Shown: one piece after another, positions 50,287 through 58,497 of the stretch
Numbering within the stretch: the first letter of the stretch is position 1
Layout: each line of letters opens with the position of its first letter
Virus record (IMG/VR): IMGVR_UViG_3300009774_000008
Location: 553 to 64,552 of that record
DNA from: a virus
Taxonomy: Duplodnaviria > Caudoviricetes
DNA: 64,000 nt
Strand: one strand, 5' to 3'
The notes under the pieces: generated by a model
Told to the model about the DNA's origin: nothing
What the model saw: only the letters and a program-made list of their open reading frames with translations
The model's database searches: none
Translations under genes and position numbers: made by a program

Positions 50287-50574
50287 TATCACAGGTCCTA
50301 ATATAGGTGCTTCATTGAGAGGAGTACATTATGAAAAGGTATAAAGATAAAGAGATTGTAACTTGTCATGTTTGTAATGGTACTGGATTTGTACCAGAAG
50401 ACTATGAAGGTGATTTATTCTTAGCTGAATGTCCTGTTTGTGAAGGAGATTGTATTATAGAAATTGAGCATATTCAATATCAAGGAGAGAATTTAAGAGT
50501 ACTGAGAGATTCATATCGAGTAAAATAATAAACATAAGAAATGGTATGAAGCATCTATATTAGGGCCTGTGATA
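50287..50574 (+). repeat. gene-enclosing stem 8 (50287-50315 / 50546-50574)
   Basis: TATCACAGGTCCTAATATAGGTGCTTCAT pairs with ATGAAGCATCTATATTAGGGCCTGTGATA; 29 bp fully paired as RNA (2 G.U). Confidence 0.9.
50331..50528 (+). CDS. small zinc-finger protein (CxxCxG x2)
   Basis: CHVCNGTG...CPVCEG; GAGGAG SD. Confidence 0.7.
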   Translation: MKRYKDKEIVTCHVCNGTGFVPEDYEGDLFLAECPVCEGDCIIEIEHIQYQGENLRVLRDSYRVK

Positions 50575-50632
50575 CAATCATATGCTCAGTTATATGGTGC
50601 TCCTCCTAATACATTTTATCTAAGAAGAAACA

Positions 50633-50661
50633 TTTACATTTTCCTTAGTATGTAGTACAAT
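50633..50661 (+). promoter_or_regulatory. sigmaA-type promoter with TATGTAGTACAAT inside the loop of stem 9
   Basis: TTTACA-17 nt-TACAAT. Confidence 0.7.
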
Positions 50662-50705
50662 AGTAATTACCGCAAGACAAAATAAAATTTAGGAGGACAC
50701 ACACG

Positions 50706-51638
50706 ATGGCAGCAAATGTAGAAAATATGTTTTCAGTAAGAGAAACACCTTGGCACGGATTAGGTACAGTTATTCAAGAGGCCCTAACAAGTAAAGAGGC
50801 AATTGGTATAGCGGGTTTGGATTGGACAGTAGAGCAAATTCCACTAATTCACAAAGAGCAAGATTCGGGATACTTTATGAATGTTAGAAGTTCAGATGAA
50901 AAGGTTCTTGGTGTAGTTGGTGGCAGGTACAAACCCGTACAGAATGTTGAAGCATTTGATTTCACAGATGATTTAATAGGACAGGGTGTAAAGTATGAAA
51001 CTGCTGGAAGTCTAAGCAATGGTAAGAGAATATGGATGCTAGCTAAAATGCCTGAAACAGATATATTAGGCGATAAAGTAGAGCCGTTCATGTGCTTAAC
51101 CAATTGTCATGATGGATTTGGTAGTTTGAAAGTGTGCATGACACCGGTAAGAGTTGTTTGTCAGAACACTTTAAATCTCGCTCTTGATTCAGCTAAAAGA
51201 ATGTGGTCAGTTAGACACACTGGAAGTATTGGTGCTAAATTAAGTGAAGCTCGTAGAACCTTTGATCTTGCTGGAACTTATGTAGACTCATTGAAAGAAC
51301 AAGCAGAGAAATTGGCCGCAATAAAAGTAGCTCCAAAAGACTTTGATATGTTAGCAGAAACTATGTTTCCAGTAACAGGCGAGATGACATCAAGAAAAGA
51401 AGACTCACAGCTCTTGTTGCAAGAACAACTTCGTCAGGCTTGGAACATGGATGATTTGGGTAACATAAAAGGAACTGCTTGGGGATTTATCAACGCTGTT
51501 TCGGATATGGCAACTCATAAGAAACCAGGAAGAAAGACAGACAATTCACAGGAGAATTCATTTATGTATACCATAGATGCTCCCGTAATATTAGATGCGG
51601 CGTTGAAATTAATACTTCAATCAAGAATGTCAGTATAA
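50706..51638 (+). CDS. DUF932 / phage-plasmid TIGR03299-like protein
   Basis: MAANVENMFSVRETPWHGLG, AGLDW, QNVEAFDF, YETAGSL, TPVRVVCQNTL. Confidence 0.88.
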   Translation: MAANVENMFSVRETPWHGLGTVIQEALTSKEAIGIAGLDWTVEQIPLIHKEQDSGYFMNVRSSDEKVLGVVGGRYKPVQNVEAFDFTDDLIGQGVKYETAGSLSNGKRIWMLAKMPETDILGDKVEPFMCLTNCHDGFGSLKVCMTPVRVVCQNTLNLALDSAKRMWSVRHTGSIGAKLSEARRTFDLAGTYVDSLKEQAEKLAAIKVAPKDFDMLAETMFPVTGEMTSRKEDSQLLLQEQLRQAWNMDDLGNIKGTAWGFINAVSDMATHKKPGRKTDNSQENSFMYTIDAPVILDAALKLILQSRMSV

Positions 51639-51716
51639 CATACAAAAGAGGAGCATCATATAAATGAGCATATGAGTAAGTACATCACTTCATTATAAAC
51701 TAAGGAGGCCACTATA

Positions 51717-52007
51717 ATGGCTAAAAGATTACAGAAAATAGAGATTTCAGTATTAGTAGCGAGAGCAAATAATACGTTAGCTAATCCTAAGATAAGTCAA
51801 GGTGAGAAAAAAGGTGTATGTTGTTTGCTAGAAGAAGTGCTGATGGCTACTAAAACATACCGAGGTTTCAATTATGTTCACTGGTTAGCTGGGGGTTGTA
51901 AAGAATGGTTAGCGTGTGTGGAGTTAGGGACTGTTAAAGAAGATGATTTTAACACAAAACAGAAGTATTTAGGCGAAGAATATTCAAGGATGTACTACAG
52001 TAGGTAA
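51717..52007 (+). CDS. hypothetical protein
   Basis: AAGGAGG SD; LEEVLMATKTYRGFNY. Confidence 0.7.
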   Translation: MAKRLQKIEISVLVARANNTLANPKISQGEKKGVCCLLEEVLMATKTYRGFNYVHWLAGGCKEWLACVELGTVKEDDFNTKQKYLGEEYSRMYYSR

Positions 52008-52043
52008 CACAAATAGAGAGGAGTTAAAAGAGGTGACCCGAAA

Positions 52044-52463
52044 ATGAGAGTCCTTAAGGTAGCAACTGCGAGCAAAGCTTGCATTGTGCCCCTAAAGATA
52101 ATATTTATATTGCCGCTCAAATTAATTCTTTGGGTGTTGGGGTTAATTTTATATCCCTTCACCCGAAAGCACAAAAAACAAGAACGGATTGAAATTGTAG
52201 AGGAAGATGAACCAATACCACAAATACAAGAAATTCCGGAGTTTCAAGAAATATTCAATGTTACCAGAGACACTATAATTGGAATAGAATATATCGAAAG
52301 AATTCCGGATGAGACTGCATTTATTAGAGTAATTGGAGAGTTCGGTTTCACTAAGCAATTCAAGAAGAAAGTTTGCAAGGATGCAGGTTACAATGGAAAT
52401 AGATACATCAAGGTAGACAATATTAAGTACTACCTAGAAAAATCAACAGCTAGAAATTTATAA
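52044..52463 (+). CDS. membrane-anchored hypothetical protein
   Basis: N-terminal TM helix; GAGGTG SD. Confidence 0.65.
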   Translation: MRVLKVATASKACIVPLKIIFILPLKLILWVLGLILYPFTRKHKKQERIEIVEEDEPIPQIQEIPEFQEIFNVTRDTIIGIEYIERIPDETAFIRVIGEFGFTKQFKKKVCKDAGYNGNRYIKVDNIKYYLEKSTARNL

Positions 52464-52479
52464 CTCGGAGGAAAATTAT

Positions 52480-52758
52480 ATGAAATGTACAGGAATAGTT
52501 AGAAGAATAGACGATTTAGGAAGAGTTGTAATACCAAAAGAAATAAGAAGAACTTTCAACATCTGTGAAGGTGACCCGCTTGAAGTGTATACTTCGGCGG
52601 AGGGTATCACGTTTAAAAAGTATGTGTTTGAAAATCAATGTATCATGTGCGGTGAGGCTACTGATGATTTAGTAGGTGAAAAGCATCTCTGTAATGGTTG
52701 TCAATCTAAAATTGTAAGGAACTTCGATTCTAAAAAATTTAGCAATAGAGAGGAGTAA
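52480..52758 (+). CDS. AbrB-family transition-state regulator with C-terminal Zn motif
   Basis: MKCTGIVRRIDDLGRVVIPKEIRRT; CIMCG...CNGC. Confidence 0.88.
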   Translation: MKCTGIVRRIDDLGRVVIPKEIRRTFNICEGDPLEVYTSAEGITFKKYVFENQCIMCGEATDDLVGEKHLCNGCQSKIVRNFDSKKFSNREE

Positions 52759-52759
52759 A

Positions 52760-53008
52760 ATGCGTGAATTTCAATTCAGGTGTGCCAAATGTGATGCTGT
52801 TTGGTACGCCACCAAAAAGGATTTAAAAGAGAGTCGTAAGAACAGAAAAAATATTCTAATCACTAAATTAGGTTTGTTCGGACTTCATACTAATAAGACA
52901 TATCGTAGACTTAATGAGCAAGTTGCTCAAATGCAAGTAGCTTCCAAAGACTACGAGAGATGCTCTGCTTGCGGCTCTCGTGATGTATCTAAAAATGTTA
53001 ATAATTAA
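52760..53008 (+). CDS. small Zn-ribbon protein
   Basis: CAKC...CSACGS; GAGGAG SD. Confidence 0.65.
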   Translation: MREFQFRCAKCDAVWYATKKDLKESRKNRKNILITKLGLFGLHTNKTYRRLNEQVAQMQVASKDYERCSACGSRDVSKNVNN

Positions 53009-53010
53009 AT

Positions 53011-53043
53011 AAAAAAGGAGCCCGTTATGGGTTCCTTTTTTTT
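53011..53043. terminator. bidirectional intrinsic terminator
   Basis: AAAAAAGGAGCCC-gttat-GGGTTCCTTTTTTTT between convergent blocks. Confidence 0.85.
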
Positions 53044-53069
53044 ATGGTTATTTTTAGGGGGTTACATAG

Positions 53070-53546
53070 TTAGTCTGGAATTTTATCTTCTCCGTAAATT
53101 TGCACGATACAACCATCTACATTGATATTTGTCTGATTAAAACCATTCATAGTATTAAGCTCTTTAACAGGCAATACAATAGCGTTGAGTCTGCTCATGG
53201 TTAATTGTTTAGCAACTAAACCTAATTCTTCGTCTCCATATATGTCTTGCTCTGCTTTCTCAATAAGACGTACTAACTTCTGAGTTGAAACCTCTTTAGT
53301 CCATACACCCTTCTTTACTTCTTTTTCTCTAACCTCTTCCATTACCGCTTGATAGTAATTATTCACATGAGGTTTATAGAAAAGACGATTTGACTTCTCC
53401 CTAATATTTTGTCTATTATAAGAAGTAAGTTCCTGACCAAAAGCTACAGAATATGCTTCTATCTTATCCATGCCTTCATACGCCATATTACCAATAAACT
53501 TTCTTTGTGGTTCTGTTAGTGGTTTTAACTCTGGGTCAACAATCAT
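53070..53546 (-). CDS. terS: probable terminase small subunit
   Basis: LTEPQRKF...EAYSVAF...SNRLFYKPHVNNY N-terminal HTH, helical middle, KELNTMNG, C-terminal IYGEDKIPD. Confidence 0.65.
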   Translation of the reverse strand: MIVDPELKPLTEPQRKFIGNMAYEGMDKIEAYSVAFGQELTSYNRQNIREKSNRLFYKPHVNNYYQAVMEEVREKEVKKGVWTKEVSTQKLVRLIEKAEQDIYGDEELGLVAKQLTMSRLNAIVLPVKELNTMNGFNQTNINVDGCIVQIYGEDKIPD

Positions 53547-53587
53547 TCACCCACCCCCTTAGATTTAATATTTCGGACACAATCTTA

Positions 53588-53869
53588 TTATATATTATCT
53601 TCTCTACTTTGTAAAGAGGGGAACAACTTTTTATGATTGTCCTTTTCATACCATTTATGGTAGCAAGTGTTCCCCATACCTCTTTCTTTCGATTTATCGC
53701 TCCTCAACTTACGACCACATCTTCTACATAAATATGTAGGTTTGGTTGAATCAAGGATTACTTCTTTTGCCACTATCCCCACCTCCCTTTCGGTAACAAG
53801 TATAAGTACATTGCCATTTCCTCCCAATCTTATAGGTGTGAAACGGTGCGGGGAGGAACATATGACCAC
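53588..53869 (-). CDS. DUF6011-like Zn-finger protein
   Basis: CRRCGRKL...S.ERGMG.TC; start uncertain. Confidence 0.65.
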   Translation of the reverse strand: MVICSSPHRFTPIRLGGNGNVLILVTEREVGIVAKEVILDSTKPTYLCRRCGRKLRSDKSKERGMGNTCYHKWYEKDNHKKLFPSLQSREDNI

Positions 53870-53890
53870 ACACCGAACACTTAATTAGAA

Positions 53891-54133
53891 CTAAGATAAT
53901 ATCCTCTGAAACTTATCACAGTTAGCGCTTATAGCTCTAGAACAATCACATCTTCTAGCCGTGCATGTTAAAACATTATTACCACCATATCCAGTATAAC
54001 TTTCTACGCACACTATGCAATTCTTAGCCTCAGGGTTATTTAAGCAGGACCTCTCATGTCTTGTAGCTATAGTCTCTGATTTCTTAATAACACCGCAATA
54101 CCTACATTTCCAAGCTAATACTTGTTTTGCCAT
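53891..54133 (-). CDS. Cys-rich hypothetical protein
   Basis: CRYC...HERSC..NP...CIVC; GGAGGAG SD. Confidence 0.65.
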   Translation of the reverse strand: MAKQVLAWKCRYCGVIKKSETIATRHERSCLNNPEAKNCIVCVESYTGYGGNNVLTCTARRCDCSRAISANCDKFQRILS

Positions 54134-54136
54134 TAT

Positions 54137-54433
54137 TTACTCTCCTCCATTCCTAATAATTATATCCGCCTCTTCATTTAAGGCTTTCTCCAAATCTCCT
54201 ATCGATACATATTTCTTTTGTATCGAGTCAAATAATTCATCTATTTGTTTTATTGTCATTTGTACTTTTTTCTTTCCGAAGTGAAGCTTACCAAAAAGAG
54301 TATAAGCTATAGCTACAGAGTACGAACGAACAGCGTTTATAGTAGCATCCATTCTTTCTGCTTCAATGAGCTTGTATATGTCTAAGTGGTCCACTCCTTT
54401 TTTAACTGTCCCTCTTCTAGCTTTCCTATTCAT
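54137..54433 (-). CDS. hypothetical protein
   Basis: MNRKARR start; LHFGKKK; in operon. Confidence 0.6.
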   Translation of the reverse strand: MNRKARRGTVKKGVDHLDIYKLIEAERMDATINAVRSYSVAIAYTLFGKLHFGKKKVQMTIKQIDELFDSIQKKYVSIGDLEKALNEEADIIIRNGGE

Positions 54434-54443
54434 CTTAATCCTC

Positions 54444-55385
54444 TCACATTATATTTACTATTACATATTCTAGAGCAACATCTGCATCTAGTTGGCCAAT
54501 TTTTATGGATTTTTCGGCAAATCTAATAACTTTTATAGCACTAATTAGCTCCGATAGAGTGTAATGCCCTTTCTTCTCGTTAGCTAGTTTAACCTGCCAT
54601 GGTGTTAAACCCGTTCTCTTGGCGGCATCAGTAGCATTAGGCCCTAGCCCCTGTACCAGTAACATTTGCTTGAAGGAGTTGTACAGTACCGACAATACCA
54701 TTATCTCAGGCTCCTGTTTTTGCTTTGCCTGCATTAAATAACGAGCTGTAGCTTTATAATCTCTAAGTGCAATGGCGTCAGTAAATTTGAATGTGATGTC
54801 ACCAATTGGCTGATATATTGCACCCTCGCTCTTTAGAAGTTCGTAAGAAGCATCGTGAGTATTATCAGTACCAATGGAGAATTGATTTATCTTATCACAT
54901 TCTAATAATACTCTACTATAATCACACTCACAAATTACAGCTAATTCAGTTGCATTCTTAGCTGATAGTCGTATTTCTTTTTGTATATATTTAACTAAAA
55001 TAGCCTCAGTTAATTTAGCAAACTCCGTCAGCTTATCTGTTTGGGATTTGTAAAACTTGCTTCGCTTATCCATAGTGGAGTATATTAGAATAATGTAGTC
55101 AGGACTGCTATTTATACCTAAGAAGAACTTGTCCCATAACTTTTCTTGTTTGAGAAATTCCTTGTCATCTCTTACAATAAAGCATCTACTTCCCCCCGAT
55201 ATTCTACGCTGACTCATCTTATTGTAGGCTTCTAAAACAGAGTCAGGTCTAACGGTAGTTCCACCAATAATATCGAGTAGCTTTTTAAGATAAATATCCA
55301 TTATGCCTACTTCCTGTCCGGTGAAAATATATAGTTTATCCAATTGCTTAGCAACTATTTGCTTCTGCAGTTCGTGTAATACCAT
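54444..55385 (-). CDS. holA: clamp loader delta subunit
   Basis: LYIFTGQE, DKRSKFYK, ECDK, PWQVK, IKIGQ. Confidence 0.75.
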   Translation of the reverse strand: MVLHELQKQIVAKQLDKLYIFTGQEVGIMDIYLKKLLDIIGGTTVRPDSVLEAYNKMSQRRISGGSRCFIVRDDKEFLKQEKLWDKFFLGINSSPDYIILIYSTMDKRSKFYKSQTDKLTEFAKLTEAILVKYIQKEIRLSAKNATELAVICECDYSRVLLECDKINQFSIGTDNTHDASYELLKSEGAIYQPIGDITFKFTDAIALRDYKATARYLMQAKQKQEPEIMVLSVLYNSFKQMLLVQGLGPNATDAAKRTGLTPWQVKLANEKKGHYTLSELISAIKVIRFAEKSIKIGQLDADVALEYVIVNIM

Positions 55386-56213
55386 TTAATCCTCCTCCTT
55401 CCATATGTCTCTCATTTCCAGTACAAACATATCAAAAGTAGAGTCCTTCTTAACACCAGTTATTTGAAGCTCATTCTTATATTTTATGCAAGCCATTGAA
55501 CTCAACGCATAGTTTACAAATAATGATGTCCTAAGACTATCTCTCTCCCTAATCTGCATATCCGAGCATATTGTCATTAGGCAGTTTAAAAATAGAACTG
55601 GGTTATACCCCTCTCCTTCTTCTTTGAATTTAAAAGCATTACCTATCTTAAGTGCATTGACACCAGTAACTGTACCAATATTATCTAATACACTTCGGCA
55701 ATACTTGTAGAATGCATCGAAGTCAATTGATTCTAATTCCAATGCTTGACCAGGGTTATTAGCTACCTCTAATATCTTTTCATTTTTAGTGAAACTCATT
55801 AGTTCTTCTCTGGTATAACTCTCTACCTTAAGTTCTGTTCCCCTGCTCTTTAATGTTGCAAGAGTGTTATCCATACTCTCTACAGTCATTACGAAGTATG
55901 CTTTTTGAGGTGGTTCCTCAGTTACTTTCAATAAAGCATTCTTAGCTTGAGCAGACATTCTATCTGTATTGCAGAAGATATAAGTAGTTGGTGCTACACA
56001 CTTATATGCAGTTTCTATAATATCTCGAACAGAATCGACACTATTTTCAGCTAATACTATGTGGCCTTTTACTCCGTGTAATGCAATATACCTAGCTAGG
56101 GTAGCTTTTCCGCTACCCTTTTCACCAGTTATAATTATAAAACTAGGAGTTGATTTGTCTTGTCTCCAAATATCGATTAATTTCTTGTTATTAATTTGAC
56201 CTATTATTTCCAT
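55386..56213 (-). CDS. holB: clamp loader delta' subunit
   Basis: IIGQ, GEKGSGK, AKNALLKVTEEPP, TLKSR. Confidence 0.8.
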   Translation of the reverse strand: MEIIGQINNKKLIDIWRQDKSTPSFIIITGEKGSGKATLARYIALHGVKGHIVLAENSVDSVRDIIETAYKCVAPTTYIFCNTDRMSAQAKNALLKVTEEPPQKAYFVMTVESMDNTLATLKSRGTELKVESYTREELMSFTKNEKILEVANNPGQALELESIDFDAFYKYCRSVLDNIGTVTGVNALKIGNAFKFKEEGEGYNPVLFLNCLMTICSDMQIRERDSLRTSLFVNYALSSMACIKYKNELQITGVKKDSTFDMFVLEMRDIWKEED

Positions 56214-56214
56214 T

Positions 56215-57312
56215 CTACACCAACCCTTTACAGAATAAGATGGTAGAAGATTCAATGTATGCCTTTGCATTGGACTCCCACTTTATATCCGCATTCAATT
56301 GACGGCACCAGTCTAATATCTTAATACAAGATTCCTCATCCTCATCGGCCATTTTATCTTCGTACTCTTTAATCTGAGGAATACGAGTATACTCAAATGA
56401 TTCGAACAATTTGTATTTGCATACATCCAATACAAAATACTGAAACTGCTTAACAAACTGCTTAATATCCTTACCTGCGTTATACACGCCTTCCACCACT
56501 TGTATACAACCACTAGCAGAGCCTGTCGCTAGGTTGTACAACAATTCAAAGTAAGTAGTATAATCTACCGTACCCAATGCTTTAATTACGTTCTCAATGG
56601 TTATTTCAAAGGACAATGAAAGGCACTTGTCCATCATTGTTATAGCATCACGCATTCCACCGTCCGCTAATTTAGCGATATAATCAAGAGCAGTTTCATC
56701 CTCTTCAATTACATTTATTCCTTCTTTAATTGCCCATTCAATATCCGCCCTAGCATCTTGGCTTCCGCCTTGTATGTCCACAATCTCTTTATTCTCTTCA
56801 TCTATAATATACTTTAGCCTATCCACAATACCTGCTAGTGATATTTTACTGAAATCGTACCTCTGAACACGAGATAATATAGTAGCTGGAATCTTTTGTG
56901 GGTCAGTTGTACACATGATGAATATAGTACAGGTTGGAGGCTCTTCTAATAACTTTAGCATTGCATTCCAAGCTCCTGTGCTTAACATATGACACTCATC
57001 AATAATATATATTTTGTACTCGCTATCCAGTGGTTTCCTTTTTGCATTATCTATTATCTCTCTAATATTATCAACACCATTGTTAGATGCGGCATCTATT
57101 TCAATCGGATTACCTTTGCCTTTATTCAACTCATTAGCAAATATTCTAGCATCAGTAGTCTTACCACAACCAGCAGGCCCGCAGAACAAATAAGCATGCT
57201 TAAATGAATTAGTTTTAATTTGCTCTGTTAATATTATTTTTATTGATTCTTGCTCTACTACATCATCGAATGTTCTGGGTCTATACTTAACTGCTAAAGT
57301 AATTTGTGACAT
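56215..57312 (-). CDS. dnaX: clamp loader gamma/tau ATPase (gamma-length)
   Basis: KYRPRTFDDVV, GPAGCGKTT, EIDAASNNGVDNIR, IIDECHML, TILSR, GGMRDA. Confidence 0.93.
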   Translation of the reverse strand: MSQITLAVKYRPRTFDDVVEQESIKIILTEQIKTNSFKHAYLFCGPAGCGKTTDARIFANELNKGKGNPIEIDAASNNGVDNIREIIDNAKRKPLDSEYKIYIIDECHMLSTGAWNAMLKLLEEPPTCTIFIMCTTDPQKIPATILSRVQRYDFSKISLAGIVDRLKYIIDEENKEIVDIQGGSQDARADIEWAIKEGINVIEEDETALDYIAKLADGGMRDAITMMDKCLSLSFEITIENVIKALGTVDYTTYFELLYNLATGSASGCIQVVEGVYNAGKDIKQFVKQFQYFVLDVCKYKLFESFEYTRIPQIKEYEDKMADEDEESCIKILDWCRQLNADIKWESNAKAYIESSTILFCKGLV

Positions 57313-57577
57313 TTATTTTATGCCCTCCTTTGTAATTTGTACTTCCTTGCCTTTAAAGTTGCCTTTATTCTCTCCACATTGGCAGGATACTTGACCTTTA
57401 CGGTGGTCCAGACAAAGTGGACAATTAATGGTTTTGAGCATTGTATATCACTCCTCAATTTGTATTCTTAACACAAGTAATTCTGCCGTTATTACAAATT
57501 ATCTCGAAACCTTCTAAATAAGCTTTAATGGCATCTTCTATAGTCCAATCTATTAACCTTGCTGGGCACATTTTTAA

Positions 57578-57913
57578 TCACTCCTTTATAATTAATACTT
57601 CCCTTCCTTTAACCTTGCTTAGTTCGGCTTGTGCTTCGGCTATGCTCATTGTTAAGGGTTCGATGCGTTCGTACAATAACTGACCGACTTCTCTAACATT
57701 TATTAGGCTTGCTGGATTAAAAGGTGCGGCAAAAACCTTGACAATATCAAAAACCCTAGAATCACAGTTGTCTTTCAAATCTTCATCGAATTCTTTGAGC
57801 TGAAGCCAATTCTCACCGTTAGATAACTGGTAGCGTTCTACAAAAACCACATATCTTGTACCATCCCTTGTTTCCACTCTCATTCCAGTTTTCAAATCGC
57901 TTTTACTAAACAT
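57578..57913 (-). CDS. hypothetical phage protein
   Basis: KSDLKTGMRVETRDG motif. Confidence 0.65.
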   Translation of the reverse strand: MFSKSDLKTGMRVETRDGTRYVVFVERYQLSNGENWLQLKEFDEDLKDNCDSRVFDIVKVFAAPFNPASLINVREVGQLLYERIEPLTMSIAEAQAELSKVKGREVLIIKE

Positions 57914-58286
57914 TTATGCCCTCATCTTCGCATATATTGGAAACAACCATACCAACATTCACACCTCTGTCACAAAGCTCCTCAAGCATTCCAATATACA
58001 AAGGAGTAGTTGCTACATAGGCTCTTGTCTCAGCTAATGTCATTGAAGTTATTCTAAATCTAGATGTATTGGCCACATTACCTGGTTTAGTACCCCAAGC
58101 TATTTTGTTATCATTTCTTGGTGTCTTTTCCTCTACATCCCGTATAAGCATACTCTGTACAAGAAGAGGTTTCTTTACTAACATCCCCACAGTATTTATA
58201 ATGTGGCTAGTTTCCATGTCCTTTATAGAAATCTTTTCTCCATGAGCAATAGTCCAGGTTTTCTTTTGGTCAAATCTAGTAATCAT
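57906..58286 (-). CDS. hypothetical protein
   Basis: W...GE...IKDMETSHIIN, ELCDRG. Confidence 0.6.
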   Translation of the reverse strand: MITRFDQKKTWTIAHGEKISIKDMETSHIINTVGMLVKKPLLVQSMLIRDVEEKTPRNDNKIAWGTKPGNVANTSRFRITSMTLAETRAYVATTPLYIGMLEELCDRGVNVGMVVSNICEDEGINV

Positions 58287-58305
58287 ATTATCTCCTTCGT
58301 GTTTA

Positions 58306-58497
58306 TTATTTTATTTCTATATTAGTATTTTGAAGCTTATCCATCTCACTTCTTTGTTTCGATAGGTCGTCATTCAATAGTGTTTCCGAATAGTTTACGT
58401 CTCTGTTACATGAAGATAGCTCATCCAAAGCTACTACCAGATCTATAATACGAGTTTTTAACTCATTGAATTTTCTTATCTGTTCCGCTAGTTTCAT
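58306..58497 (-). CDS. small coiled-coil protein
   Basis: GGAGG SD. Confidence 0.55.
   Translation of the reverse strand: MKLAEQIRKFNELKTRIIDLVVALDELSSCNRDVNYSETLLNDDLSKQRSEMDKLQNTNIEIK

Larger units (their letters stand above)
50578..51675 (+). repeat. gene-enclosing stem 9 (50578-50605 / 51648-51675)
   Basis: TCATATGCTCA-g-TTATATGGTGCTCCTC pairs with GAGGAGCATCATATAA-a-TGAGCATATGA (one G.U). Confidence 0.88.

Noticed and set aside
45354-51675. Stems as IS ends, invertible segments or integron attC sites
   Set aside because: Each pair has a unique sequence, no transposase, invertase or integrase is present, no shared GTTRRRY core or target duplications were seen, all cargo genes face the same way, and the wobble bias favours RNA pairing
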